Source: Candidatus Bathyarchaeia archaeon | Lineage (GTDB): Bacteria > Patescibacteriota > Microgenomatia > PFEM01 > JAFGMK01 | NCBI GenBank assembly: GCA_035529595.1 | Contig: DATKWK010000017.1 | Coordinates: 250,961 to 314,960 of the forward strand | Direction: 5' to 3' | Length of the DNA stretch: 64,000 nt | In this document: one piece after another, positions 30,147 to 39,631 of the stretch | Position numbering within the stretch: the stretch's first letter is position 1 | How the letters are laid out: each line of letters starts with the position of its first letter | Notes under the pieces: model-generated | What the model saw: the letters and a program-made list of their open reading frames with translations, nothing else | Told to the model about the DNA's origin: nothing | The model's database searches: none | Made by a program: the position numbers and the translations under genes

Positions 30147-30503
30147 TTGCACCTGTTAACTATGCCAGAATTAACCGAACTGACAGAAACAATTGTTTCA
30201 ACTCCTAAGGAATTACATGAGACTTGGTTTAGGAAACACAGTTCGTCATTAAACTTAGCTAATTTGGGTACGGCTATGGCTAGGGCGGCCGTTGCTCAGG
30301 AACTATTGCAAGGCCGTTCTTATATTGATCGGGTTGCTAATATCTGCTTAGGACTGGGTATTTCCCCGTCATTTGTTACTCGAGTGGCCGAGGCTATTAA
30401 TACAAAAAGACAGGGGATTGCTCTGGTGTTTTTGGTATCAGCGGTGTTAGCTTTCAGTATTTCTGGTGTATACCACGAATCTTTACCAGAGACAATCGAT
30501 TAA
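30147..30503 (+). CDS. Hypothetical protein with C-terminal TM
   Basis: 118-aa ORF filling the gap; start uncertain. Confidence 0.55.
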   Translation: MHLLTMPELTELTETIVSTPKELHETWFRKHSSSLNLANLGTAMARAAVAQELLQGRSYIDRVANICLGLGISPSFVTRVAEAINTKRQGIALVFLVSAVLAFSISGVYHESLPETID

Positions 30504-30564
30504 CTCAAGCCGTCAATGAGAAAATCCAAGTTTCAAATTACTTAATTGCTGTATATTATTTTGG

Positions 30565-31704
30565 TTGATGAATAGAAAAACGGCTATTTTTTGGTGGCTG
30601 CTTTTCTTAGTCGCCCTAGGTCAGCAGCTGACTAAATTATATTTTTTATTTCAGCAAGGAGAGCCGATTGATTTTAATGTCTATTGGCAGGCAGCCAGGA
30701 TTACCGTGGACGGAGGGAATGTTTATCAAAAATTACCCACTGCCGATATCCCCCCTTTTAACTATCCGCCGACCGCCCTCATCTTCTTCAGTTTCTTGCT
30801 GCTGTTACCAAAAACCGTTTCTTTTTGGGTTTTACTTTTTATTTCTCTACTGGGCCTTTTCGGTACCATCCTTCTGTTAGTTAGGCTTTGGTTTACTAAA
30901 AAGATAAGTTGGCCTGCTTTTTTAATACTTGGCACGCTTTTTATTCAGTATTTTCCGACTAAGTTTACCCTTACCTTAGGCCAGATCAATCTGGTAATCC
31001 TTTTTCTAGTTACCTTTTCCTACATTTTATTGGTTAGAAAAAGAGACATTCCGGCCGGAGTTTTGCTGGCTGCTGCCTCCTTGATCAAAATTTTCCCCGC
31101 TGTACTGGTTCTTTTTTTTATTAAGGAGAAAAAGAAAAAAGCTTGTCTTGCTTTTGTTGCTACCTGTCTTTTAGGAATCATACTGACAGCGATTTTCTTT
31201 AAACCGGGCTTGATTACTGATTATTTTGGCCGTATTGGTCAGAATCTCTTTTTTAAGGCCGGAACGGTCTCGTATTTCGATCAATCCTTAAACAGCTTCT
31301 TGCTTCGTCTAAAAATAGCTGATCTCTTCCGGTTAGCAACTCGGATTATGATCTCTTTGGTGCTGGTGATTACTTTTCTGAGAAGTAAAAATCAGGCGGT
31401 TTCTTACTTTGGCTTGCTGACGGTAATGACGCTATTTTTACCCAGTTTTGTCTGGATTCATCACTATGTGATCCTGATCCCCTTAATGATTCTTTTATCT
31501 GCCCAGATTTACCGGCAAAAAAGTTTCCTTCCTAAAATTGCCTTTTTGGCGGCTTATCTTGCTTGCTCTTTGCATTTTAAGGCGCCTGAGATAATTTCAG
31601 GCAAAAATATCCTTCTGGAATCGCACTTTTTCTTGGGTGCTTTTCTTTTGCATTTACTGGCTATAGATAAATTAAAACTTGAGAGAAATCAAACTGGGTT
31701 ATAG
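30565..31704 (+). CDS. GT87 (DUF2029) GT-C glycosyltransferase
   Basis: DFNVYW.AA, FNYPPT, GQIN, IKIFP, W.HHY; polytopic. Confidence 0.88.
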   Translation: MMNRKTAIFWWLLFLVALGQQLTKLYFLFQQGEPIDFNVYWQAARITVDGGNVYQKLPTADIPPFNYPPTALIFFSFLLLLPKTVSFWVLLFISLLGLFGTILLLVRLWFTKKISWPAFLILGTLFIQYFPTKFTLTLGQINLVILFLVTFSYILLVRKRDIPAGVLLAAASLIKIFPAVLVLFFIKEKKKKACLAFVATCLLGIILTAIFFKPGLITDYFGRIGQNLFFKAGTVSYFDQSLNSFLLRLKIADLFRLATRIMISLVLVITFLRSKNQAVSYFGLLTVMTLFLPSFVWIHHYVILIPLMILLSAQIYRQKSFLPKIAFLAAYLACSLHFKAPEIISGKNILLESHFFLGAFLLHLLAIDKLKLERNQTGL

Positions 31705-31716
31705 AATAGTGATGTA

Positions 31717-32349
31717 ATGCCAATATTAATGTACCCTTCCGTTATTTATCTTGCTGTAGTGAATTTAATTCCTCTACTGGGTATTCTATTTTTCGGCTGG
31801 AGTGTTCAAGATATTCTGATTTTATATTGGTGTGAAAGCGGCGTTATCGGTTTATACAACGTTTTAAAAATGCTTTTCGTGAAGAATATTCATGCGAATT
31901 TAACGCTTTTCCCTGGGGTTATTTATAGGTTGTTTGTCATTGTATTTTTCATCGTTCATTTCGGCGGTTTTATGTTCATTCACGGTCTGGCTATTTTAGC
32001 CTTAACCAGTCCCGGTAATATAATCGGTATGGATTATTTACCGGGTGTTTTAAAGCCCTTGTGTTTTGGAATTATTGGTTTCTTTGTAAGCCACGGACTT
32101 TCTTTTATTCAAAATTACCTTCTCGGAAAAGAGTATCTCAAGTCCAATCTCGAAAATCTGATGTTTCAGCCCTATGGCCGGGTGGTGATAATGCATTTAT
32201 CGATTTTGTTTGGCGGATTTATTTTTGTTCTTTTTAATGCGCCTGTTTTCTTGCTGGTAATGCTGGTTGTGATAAAGACGACACTTGATATTATTGCTCA
32301 TGTTAAGGAAAGAATAAAATTTAGTAAGCTACCGGAAAAGAATAATTGA
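31717..32349 (+). CDS. DUF6498-like membrane protein
   Basis: LYWCES, FFIVHFGGF..IHG, PYGRVVIMH. Confidence 0.75.
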   Translation: MPILMYPSVIYLAVVNLIPLLGILFFGWSVQDILILYWCESGVIGLYNVLKMLFVKNIHANLTLFPGVIYRLFVIVFFIVHFGGFMFIHGLAILALTSPGNIIGMDYLPGVLKPLCFGIIGFFVSHGLSFIQNYLLGKEYLKSNLENLMFQPYGRVVIMHLSILFGGFIFVLFNAPVFLLVMLVVIKTTLDIIAHVKERIKFSKLPEKNN

Positions 32350-32381
32350 ATATTGGCAAACTAATTTCTTTTACTTGTTAC

Positions 32382-32487
32382 AAGTGCTGATATAATTTTA
32401 AGTCAGCAAGAAGGAACGATCTTTTCGGATAATACGCAGGGTTTTAATGAAATTACGAAAATAATTCGTAAAAAGAATAAATTATAC
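32382..32487 (+). repeat. Promoter + attI-like element, copy 1
   Basis: 48/59 nt identical (counted by eye) to the copy at 35598; contains TGATATAAT. Confidence 0.7.
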
Positions 32488-32522
32488 CCGTCTATTTTTC
32501 TGGCTAAAAATTAAAAATCATA

Positions 32523-33029
32523 ATGAATCAAAAAAAGCTGGGTAACGAAATCGAGCGGAAATTTTTGATTAAAAAGATGCCTGATTTAAGTAATTTAAAA
32601 TCGGTAGTTTGTGAACGCTATTATATTTACCGAGATGAGGTGATTGAACTGCGTGTTCAAAAGATTGGCAACAAATATGAGATTGAACGTAAAGAAATAA
32701 TTAATAAGTTGAAAGCAATTAAAACAAAGTTGGCGATTTTTAAACATGAGTTCGGAAAACTAAAGCGGCTTTGCTCTGCTACAATAGTAAGAGAGAGTTA
32801 CAATATTAGTTCTGATCCCGACGTTTCCATTAAGATATATCACGGTAAATACGAAGGTCTAAGAAAAATCGAAGTCGAGTTTAGTTCGGAAGAAGAAGCA
32901 AGCTTTTTTCAAATTCCTGATTGGTATGGAGAAGAAATTACTGATTCGCTGGTTTCGAGAGATTCAAAATTACTCGATTTGAATGATGAAGAATTTAAAA
33001 TGATTCTCGAGGAAAAAAACAACCACTGA
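32523..33029 (+). CDS. CYTH domain protein
   Basis: EIERKFL, EVEF, PDWYGEEIT. Confidence 0.88.
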   Translation: MNQKKLGNEIERKFLIKKMPDLSNLKSVVCERYYIYRDEVIELRVQKIGNKYEIERKEIINKLKAIKTKLAIFKHEFGKLKRLCSATIVRESYNISSDPDVSIKIYHGKYEGLRKIEVEFSSEEEASFFQIPDWYGEEITDSLVSRDSKLLDLNDEEFKMILEEKNNH

Positions 33030-33087
33030 ATGATGCGTTATTCTTTAAATAGAAATTATTAAATAGTAAAATGTCATTGGTAAAAAT

Positions 33088-33651
33088 ATGAGACAAGAAA
33101 CTTTATTAGAAAGGTTGAAAGAAAAATCAAAAGAAATTATGGGGAAAGGAAAACATTTTCATGACTTTGCTCATGTAACGGATGTTTATAGAAATGTTGA
33201 AAAATTACTTAAATATGAGCGAGGGAATAAGCTGGTTTTATTAACAGCTGCTCTATTTCATGATGTAAAAAGAGACTCTCAGAGTCATGGGACTGGAGGA
33301 GCAAAATATGTAAATGAACTTCTTAAATCGATTCCAGAATTTCCTCAGGATTTGATAGATTCTGTTGTAAAAGTTATTGATTCCCATGATAAAGAGCAAA
33401 AAACACAAGATGAAAAATTGTTTTATGATGCGGACAAAATGGATGCATTCAATGAATTGGCAACAGCAAGATCATTTATGATGTATTCTAAAGAAGAATT
33501 ATCATTAAAGGAAGCCTGTTTTAAGTATTTGGACTTAATTGACCTTTTTTTCAATAAATTACATACGGATACAGCCAAAAAACTAATTAAAAAAGAGTAC
33601 GAGGAAACTAAACGGTTTGCTTTAAAATTAGTTAAAAGATATGAACAATGA
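33088..33651 (+). CDS. HD domain phosphohydrolase
   Basis: HDFAHV, LFHDV, H, DADKMD. Confidence 0.88.
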   Translation: MRQETLLERLKEKSKEIMGKGKHFHDFAHVTDVYRNVEKLLKYERGNKLVLLTAALFHDVKRDSQSHGTGGAKYVNELLKSIPEFPQDLIDSVVKVIDSHDKEQKTQDEKLFYDADKMDAFNELATARSFMMYSKEELSLKEACFKYLDLIDLFFNKLHTDTAKKLIKKEYEETKRFALKLVKRYEQ

Positions 33652-33719
33652 CGTGCCTCTTAGAGACTTTTCCTCACTTCGTTCGGTCGGCACATTGCAC
33701 TCTCGCTATCGCTCGGCTT

Positions 33720-33805
33720 ACTTAACACGGCTTATGCGGGAACCTTGTAGCGCTTCGGTTTCCCAAATCCATTTCGTGGACTCCGTTTAAGCCGATACGT
33801 CATAT
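33720..33805 (+). mobile_element. attC-like site (degenerate)
   Basis: ACTTAAC...CGGCTTA.GCGG / CCGT.TAAGCCG...GTCATAT, 86 bp imperfect inverted repeat. Confidence 0.5.
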
Positions 33806-33868
33806 TTAATTTGATTTTTTGGCTTTGCAATCGTACACTTTATGTCAGCCAACTAGCCTTAATATCTT

Positions 33869-34429
33869 ATGAAAGCAATAATTATTCCGGGAAATGGAAC
33901 AACATACATAACTGATAATTGGTTCCAAAATGTCAAAAGAGGATTGGAGAAATTAGGATTAGATGTAATTGCGGAAAACATGCCCGACCCAGACCTGGCA
34001 AGAAAAGAATATTGGCTTCCTTTCATCAAAGAAAAGTTATCTACCGAAGATTCGATTTTAATTGGCCACTCCTCTGGGGCGGTGGCGATTTTAAGATATC
34101 TTGAAGAAAATGAATGTAAACTCGCAATCTTAGTTGGTGTTTGTTATACGGATTTGGGTGATGAATATGAAAAGAAGAGCGGATATTTTAACCAACCTTG
34201 GCAATGGGACAAAATTAAAAAAAATGCCGAAAAGATAGTAATATTTGCGTCAAAAGACGATCCATACATCCCAATTTCTGAGCCATTGTTAATTAAAGAA
34301 AAGACCAATGCTGAATATCATGAGTACAGCGACGAAGGACATTTTGGAGAAGACGTCAACAAAAAAGAATTTCCTGAAATAATTACAGTGGTTAGTAAGT
34401 TTATGCAACGCCAAAAAATCAAACTTTAA
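33869..34429 (+). CDS. RBBP9/YdeN alpha/beta hydrolase
   Basis: IIPGNG, GHSSGA nucleophile elbow, SKDDP, GHF. Confidence 0.9.
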   Translation: MKAIIIPGNGTTYITDNWFQNVKRGLEKLGLDVIAENMPDPDLARKEYWLPFIKEKLSTEDSILIGHSSGAVAILRYLEENECKLAILVGVCYTDLGDEYEKKSGYFNQPWQWDKIKKNAEKIVIFASKDDPYIPISEPLLIKEKTNAEYHEYSDEGHFGEDVNKKEFPEIITVVSKFMQRQKIKL

Positions 34430-34497
34430 AATTTTCCTTCGGGCCGTTGTACGAAATCGGCTCCTAGCAAAGCTTATTAAATTGAATTAATATTAAT

Positions 34498-34827
34498 ATG
34501 ACTATGATTACACTCGACGATTTCAAGAAGCTCGAGATTAAAATCGGCAAGGTAAAATCTGTAGAAAAAGTTCCTGATGCCGTTAAGCTACTCAAATTTA
34601 TTTTTGACGTTGGTTCCGAGGAAAGACAAATAATCGCTGGTATGGCTGAGTTTTTTACTGATCCATCAATGCTGGTAGGTAAAGAAATGCCGGTTTTGAT
34701 GAATATCCAGCCGCGTACTTTCAGAGGCTATATAAGTCATGGAATGATTATTGCCGCTGACGTAAATGGTCAGCCGGTACTGTTATATCCTGAAAAAGAA
34801 ATTCCCGCCGGAAGTATAGTGAGATAA
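34498..34827 (+). CDS. tRNA-binding OB-fold protein (CsaA/Trbp111/MetRS C-terminal-like)
   Basis: ITLDDFKKLEIKIG, KLLK, RQIIAG, N..PR...G..S.GM. Confidence 0.88.
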   Translation: MTMITLDDFKKLEIKIGKVKSVEKVPDAVKLLKFIFDVGSEERQIIAGMAEFFTDPSMLVGKEMPVLMNIQPRTFRGYISHGMIIAADVNGQPVLLYPEKEIPAGSIVR

Positions 34828-34836
34828 ACTGCTATT

Positions 34837-34933
34837 ATGAAAACATATGCTACCGTAATTGGTATCGTCAAATTTGGCGAAAAATTTTACTTTTGAAAAG
34901 AAATCCTGACAGACATTCTTCTCCAAATTTGTT
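34837..34933 (+). pseudogene. Frameshifted N-terminal fragment of a NUDIX-like gene
   Basis: MKTYATVIGIVKFGEK, then in a shifted frame ILLLKRNPDRHSSPNLLW. Confidence 0.5.
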
Positions 34934-35437
34934 ATGGAAATATTGAAAGAAATAAAAGATAAAGAATTTCCTAGTGATGAATCAACTTTGGAAATTAGGG
35001 AAGCTTCAAGAGCTGTACTTTTTGATGAGAATGGCCTAATTCCTTTGCTATTTGTTTCGAAATATAACTATCATAAACTTCCTGGAGGTGGTATCGATGT
35101 TGGTGAGGATAGAACGAAAGCGCTAGCCAGGGAAGTTAAAGAGGAAGTCGGAAGTGAAATAGAAGTCACAGGTGAAATTGGTCAGGTTATTGAATTTCGC
35201 TCAAAATGGAATTTGAAACAAATATCATATTGTTATCTTGGGAAAGTAATCTCAAAAGGTAAGCCTGATTTCACGGAAAAGGAATTAAGTCAAGGATTTA
35301 AACTCGTTTGGTTGCCTTTAAGGGACGCAATTTCCAAAGTTGAAAATGATAAACCAAAAAATTATGAGGGTTCTTTTATTCAGAAAAGAGATATTGTATT
35401 TTTAAAAAAAGCCAAGCAGATGTTACGGGCAAATTAG
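34934..35437 (+). CDS. NUDIX hydrolase
   Basis: Nudix box GGGIDVGEDRTKALAREVKEEVG. Confidence 0.92.
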   Translation: MEILKEIKDKEFPSDESTLEIREASRAVLFDENGLIPLLFVSKYNYHKLPGGGIDVGEDRTKALAREVKEEVGSEIEVTGEIGQVIEFRSKWNLKQISYCYLGKVISKGKPDFTEKELSQGFKLVWLPLRDAISKVENDKPKNYEGSFIQKRDIVFLKKAKQMLRAN

Positions 35438-35597
35438 CAACGTGCGCCGCTTCGTTACGCACCCCGCTGTGTTTTCACTTCGCTGTGTTTTGTTCGGGGT
35501 CACATAACACTGCTATGCAGTACGTTTATGTAAACTAAACCTAATCCTGATAAGATTAAAATCAGGACTCCATATCGAATAAAATTTTTGTTATCCA

Positions 35598-35705
35598 AAG
35601 TGCTAAAATAATTTGGAGTCAGCAAGAAGAGACAATCGTCTCGTATGATACGCAGGATTTATTTGAGTTACAAAACACTTCGTATAAAAAAGAGTCAGGC
35701 GAAAT
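35598..35705 (+). repeat. Promoter + attI-like element, copy 2
   Basis: TGCTAAAAT -10; ends CGTATAA-AAAAGA-GTCAGGC; similar to the copy at 32382. Confidence 0.7.
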
Positions 35706-35716
35706 CAGATAGCATT

Positions 35717-36499
35717 ATGGCAGTATCAAAAGATATTGAAAAGAATCATATTAAAGGCTTCAAAAGGGAAATCGCTAAACAAAAAAATAGAAATGATTTT
35801 TTTACCTGGTTTACTAGTTCAAAGAATGCTGATTCAGCACTTGTACAAGGCCATTGGGATTTTTCACTACATATAGCCTATCCACTCGCCATATTCTTAA
35901 AAAATCCTGAAGAAAAAATTGTTCTAGAAATTGGGCATGGTGGAGGAAGGATGTTACTATCAGCCGCGCAACATTTTAATACTGCTATTGGGATTGATAT
36001 CCATGATAGTAATGCTATCGTAGAAGATGATTTAAAGATAAGAGGAGTTCATAATTTCAAGTTAATTAAAACCGACGGTAAAAATATACCTTTAGATGAG
36101 AATTCGGTTGACCTTGTTTATTCCTTTATTGTTTTGCAGCATGTTGAGAAAATTGAGATTTTTGAAAATTATTTTAAGGAAGCATACCGAATACTCAAAC
36201 CTAACGGATTAGCAATTCTTTATTTTGGTAGATATTATAAGTTCTCTATTAATAGAGCTTCTAAATTTTTATATTTACTAGATAATTTCTTAGAATTGAT
36301 TAAATTAAAAGGCAGGTATTTGGAACTTCCTGCTCGCATCAATGAGATTAATTTAAAAGTTTCTTTGATATATGCTAAAAAAATTGCTAAGAAATTTGGT
36401 TTTGAAGTTTGCAAAACACTTGTTTCTCATAAGAAAGTTCCAAATGGTATGCGGCTATATGGGGGACAACATGGTCTTATACTTCAAAAACCACACTAA
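35717..36499 (+). CDS. Class I SAM-dependent methyltransferase
   Basis: VLEIGHGGGR, GIDI, DLVYSFIVLQH, RILKPNG; ATG 35717 preferred. Confidence 0.88.
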   Translation: MAVSKDIEKNHIKGFKREIAKQKNRNDFFTWFTSSKNADSALVQGHWDFSLHIAYPLAIFLKNPEEKIVLEIGHGGGRMLLSAAQHFNTAIGIDIHDSNAIVEDDLKIRGVHNFKLIKTDGKNIPLDENSVDLVYSFIVLQHVEKIEIFENYFKEAYRILKPNGLAILYFGRYYKFSINRASKFLYLLDNFLELIKLKGRYLELPARINEINLKVSLIYAKKIAKKFGFEVCKTLVSHKKVPNGMRLYGGQHGLILQKPH

Positions 36500-36642
36500 G
36501 CTCTACACCCGATGTGGTTTTCTTCTTGAACCTCGGTTGTCTTCTTTTTTCGTTCCTATACGAGGTGGTTCTAGCGCTTCTTTCGCTCTTATGCGTTATA
36601 ATACCTAAAAAGTTTGTTTTTGAATTTAAAAAATTCCGTAAG

Positions 36643-37821
36643 ATGGAATCTAAGGTTAAGAAATATTACATTAAGACTTTTGGCTGTCAGATGAATGAGG
36701 CGGAGTCGGAGATGATTGCCGCTGGCTACGAATGCCGGGGTTGGAAACAGGTAAAAAACTGGCAAGAGGCGAATGAGGTAGTGATTAATTCCTGCTCGGT
36801 CCGGGAATCAGCGGAAAATCGGGTTTTCGGATTGGTTAATAATATTAGTAAATTTAAAATTAAAAATACAAAATGCGAAAGTACAATTCGAAATCTAAAA
36901 CTTGAAAGACCAAAGATAATTCTGAGCGGTTGTATGGTCGGGTCAGCTATGGGAGAAAGAAAGAGATATACTTTCAAACAATTAAAACAAAGGCTGCCGC
37001 AAGTGGCTGAGTTTAGGCCCTGGTGGGAATGGGATTTTAAAAAGATGAAAGCTATTAAGACCCGAAAGGATAAGCAGAAGGCTTTGGTGCCAATCATGAC
37101 CGGCTGCAATCACTTTTGCAGTTATTGCGTTGTCCCATATGCCAAAGGTAAAGAAATTTCTTTTCCCTTTGAAGACATTCTTTGTCAAATAAAAGAATTC
37201 GGCAAAAAAGGTTGGCAGGAGGTTATTCTACTCGGTCAAAATGTCAATACTTACGGTAAAGATTTTACCAAAGAAGAAAAAGATAAGATTATTTCTTGCT
37301 ATCATGATTCATGTCATAGTATCAAAGATATTTCGATTTTTTCTTTGCTATTAAGAGCCGTTCATAAAATTAAAAAGATAACCAAAATCTCTTTTCTGAC
37401 GTCGAATCCCTGGGATTTAACCGACGATATTATCCAAGCGATGAAACTGCCGAAGGTTGACCGGTATTTGCATCTGCCCCTGCAATCAGGTGACAACACA
37501 ATACTTAAAAATATGAATCGGCCTTACACGGTTGAACAATATTGGGAATTAGTCAGAAAGATCAGAAACGAAATTCCGGGGATAAAGATCGGCACTGATC
37601 TTATCGTCGGTTTTCCGGGGGAAACCAAAAAAGCCTTTGAAAACACGGTCAAACTCTGCCAAAAAATCGGTTTTGAAAAAGCCTATATTGCTATGTATTC
37701 TCCGCGCCCCGGAACTTCTGCTTTTAAATTTAAAGATAATATTTCTTACCAGGAGAAAAAACGAAGGTGGTCGGTCTTGGAAAAATTGATAAACAAAAAA
37801 TTGTCGGTTAAAGAAAGTTAA
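36643..37821 (+). CDS. miaB: tRNA methylthiotransferase MiaB (no TRAM domain)
   Basis: TFGCQMN, NSCSVR, GCNHFCSYCVVP, LLGQNVN, HLPLQSG, IVGFPGET, YSPRPGT. Confidence 0.9.
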   Translation: MESKVKKYYIKTFGCQMNEAESEMIAAGYECRGWKQVKNWQEANEVVINSCSVRESAENRVFGLVNNISKFKIKNTKCESTIRNLKLERPKIILSGCMVGSAMGERKRYTFKQLKQRLPQVAEFRPWWEWDFKKMKAIKTRKDKQKALVPIMTGCNHFCSYCVVPYAKGKEISFPFEDILCQIKEFGKKGWQEVILLGQNVNTYGKDFTKEEKDKIISCYHDSCHSIKDISIFSLLLRAVHKIKKITKISFLTSNPWDLTDDIIQAMKLPKVDRYLHLPLQSGDNTILKNMNRPYTVEQYWELVRKIRNEIPGIKIGTDLIVGFPGETKKAFENTVKLCQKIGFEKAYIAMYSPRPGTSAFKFKDNISYQEKKRRWSVLEKLINKKLSVKES

Positions 37822-39416
37822 AAGGAATCAACATTGATTACCGGTATCAATTCTTCCTCAAAGTGTCTTAGCAGTAATTTTTTAATCATTATTCGTATTT
37901 TCTTGAGTTCGGTTTTGGGTATTTTCATGCCAAGCAAATTCTTTTTAATTTGTCTTAAAACTATATTCGGCACGCCCCAAGAGCTAATTTTAATTTCTCC
38001 GTTTCTTGGATGGACTAAGACAGTTAACAGTCCCCGTTGAGCAGCTTTTTTTCTTTGATTGATAATTTCCGATCCATCCTTGACTACCAGGTCACTGATT
38101 ACTACTCCCGGTTTTTTCATTTTGCCGCCTGTTTTCTTAAAACCTCGCTGATTAATAATCACTGGCTGGTTATTTTTTGCCAAGATTAACTGCCCTTTTT
38201 GATAGCCTAGTGAGTGGGCAAGATGGGCCAGTTGGTGCCGAAAGGAAATATAGCCTTCAACCGGCAGTATAAATCGCGGTTTAAGTAATTGAATCATTTC
38301 TTTAAGTTCATCCTGATGAGCGTGGCCGCCGGCATGAATGTCAATAATGTCATCGGTATATACCCGGCAGCCGCGGTCGGCGAAGCTGTCCACCATTTTT
38401 TGGATGGTGACGATATTGCTGGGGATTGAAGAAGATGAAAGAATGATTGTGTCAGTCGGCTTTATCTTAAAGTTACCTGTTTTTGCTTCAAGCATTCGCT
38501 TCAAGGCTGCTTTTTCTTCGCCCTGACTGCCGGTGGCCAGCAGCAGGATTTGCGAATCAGGGTAGTTTTTCATTTCTTCAGCGTCTTTAAATTTCAAACT
38601 TCTGTCCAGCAGATCCATTTCTTTGGCAATTCTGATTGTTTTCTCCAAGGTTGTTCCTTTGATGAAACTTTGCCGCCCATACTTTTTACCAATAAGCGTG
38701 ATTTGATTGATACGCGTTATCATTTGGGCGAAGGTACTGACGATGACTCTTCCGGCCGATTTCTTAATCAGTTTATCTAAATTTTCGGCGATAGAAGTCT
38801 CTGATCTTGAGTGACCCTCTCTATTCGCTCTGGTACTGTCAATCATTGCGACAAGAATATTTTCTTGACTAGCCTGCCGAAGGGAATCATAATCAGATAC
38901 TTTCTCCCGGAAAGGGGCCTCGTCTAACTTGAAGTCACCGGTATGGAAAATATTTCCATAGTTAGTTTTTAGAAGGTATCCATAGCTGCCGATGATACTG
39001 TGGGTCAAATGAATCGCTTTTATATTTACTTTCCCCAGGTTTACTTCTTGACGGGGATAAAGAGGAATAAAGCGAGTCAATTTTTCTTTTTTAAATCTTC
39101 TCAAGTGTTGCCTAATCAATTGAATGGTAAAGGGAGAACCATAAATCGGCGGATAGCCGAGCTTGTCAATTAGGAAGGGAAGAGCGCCCCGATGGTCATA
39201 ATGACCATGAGTTATAAGCAGTCCTCTTATCTTGTCAAGTTTACTTTCAAGCAGGTCGATATTGGGGATGTAGTAATCTAGGCCGAAACATTCATCGTCA
39301 AAGTTATTCCCAAGGTCGATGATGACTATGTCGTCTGCTGTCTCGATCACCGTAGAGTTAAGGCCGATTTCTTCCTGGCCTCCTAGTACGGTAATTTTAA
39401 GTTGATCGTCATTCAT
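37818..39416 (-). CDS. rnj: Ribonuclease J
   Basis: LGGQEEIG, THGHYDH, HTGDFK, TGSQGE, HAGGH. Confidence 0.92.
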   Translation of the reverse strand: MNDDQLKITVLGGQEEIGLNSTVIETADDIVIIDLGNNFDDECFGLDYYIPNIDLLESKLDKIRGLLITHGHYDHRGALPFLIDKLGYPPIYGSPFTIQLIRQHLRRFKKEKLTRFIPLYPRQEVNLGKVNIKAIHLTHSIIGSYGYLLKTNYGNIFHTGDFKLDEAPFREKVSDYDSLRQASQENILVAMIDSTRANREGHSRSETSIAENLDKLIKKSAGRVIVSTFAQMITRINQITLIGKKYGRQSFIKGTTLEKTIRIAKEMDLLDRSLKFKDAEEMKNYPDSQILLLATGSQGEEKAALKRMLEAKTGNFKIKPTDTIILSSSSIPSNIVTIQKMVDSFADRGCRVYTDDIIDIHAGGHAHQDELKEMIQLLKPRFILPVEGYISFRHQLAHLAHSLGYQKGQLILAKNNQPVIINQRGFKKTGGKMKKPGVVISDLVVKDGSEIINQRKKAAQRGLLTVLVHPRNGEIKISSWGVPNIVLRQIKKNLLGMKIPKTELKKIRIMIKKLLLRHFEEELIPVINVDSF

Positions 39417-39631
39417 TATTTTATTATTCTAACCTTTTTTTTGTGTTAATAAAAGTAGTTTCTTTAGTTCAGGTCAAGACACGTCGGGTATGAAAATATT
39501 GGGCGTCTAATCAAGAAGCTCTAGCGGATTTCCGAGTTTCAAGATGAAGATAAAAGATGGGTGGGAGTGAGTCTGCGGGTTACGGTGTGTCTTTAAGTCC
39601 GCCTCGGTGCTAAAATACAAGCAGGAGAAGA

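Noticed and set aside
35509-35536. dif site: TTATGTAAACT matches the Bacillus XerD-type arm
   Set aside because: The left arm matches poorly, gene strand bias does not switch here, and an attC remnant explains the sequence
35645-35716. N-terminal extension of the methyltransferase
   Set aside because: It runs through the duplicated non-coding element; ATG 35717 is more plausible
36514-36642. Hydrophobic N-terminal extension of MiaB
   Set aside because: Homology starts near ATG 36643; the extension is probably untranslated
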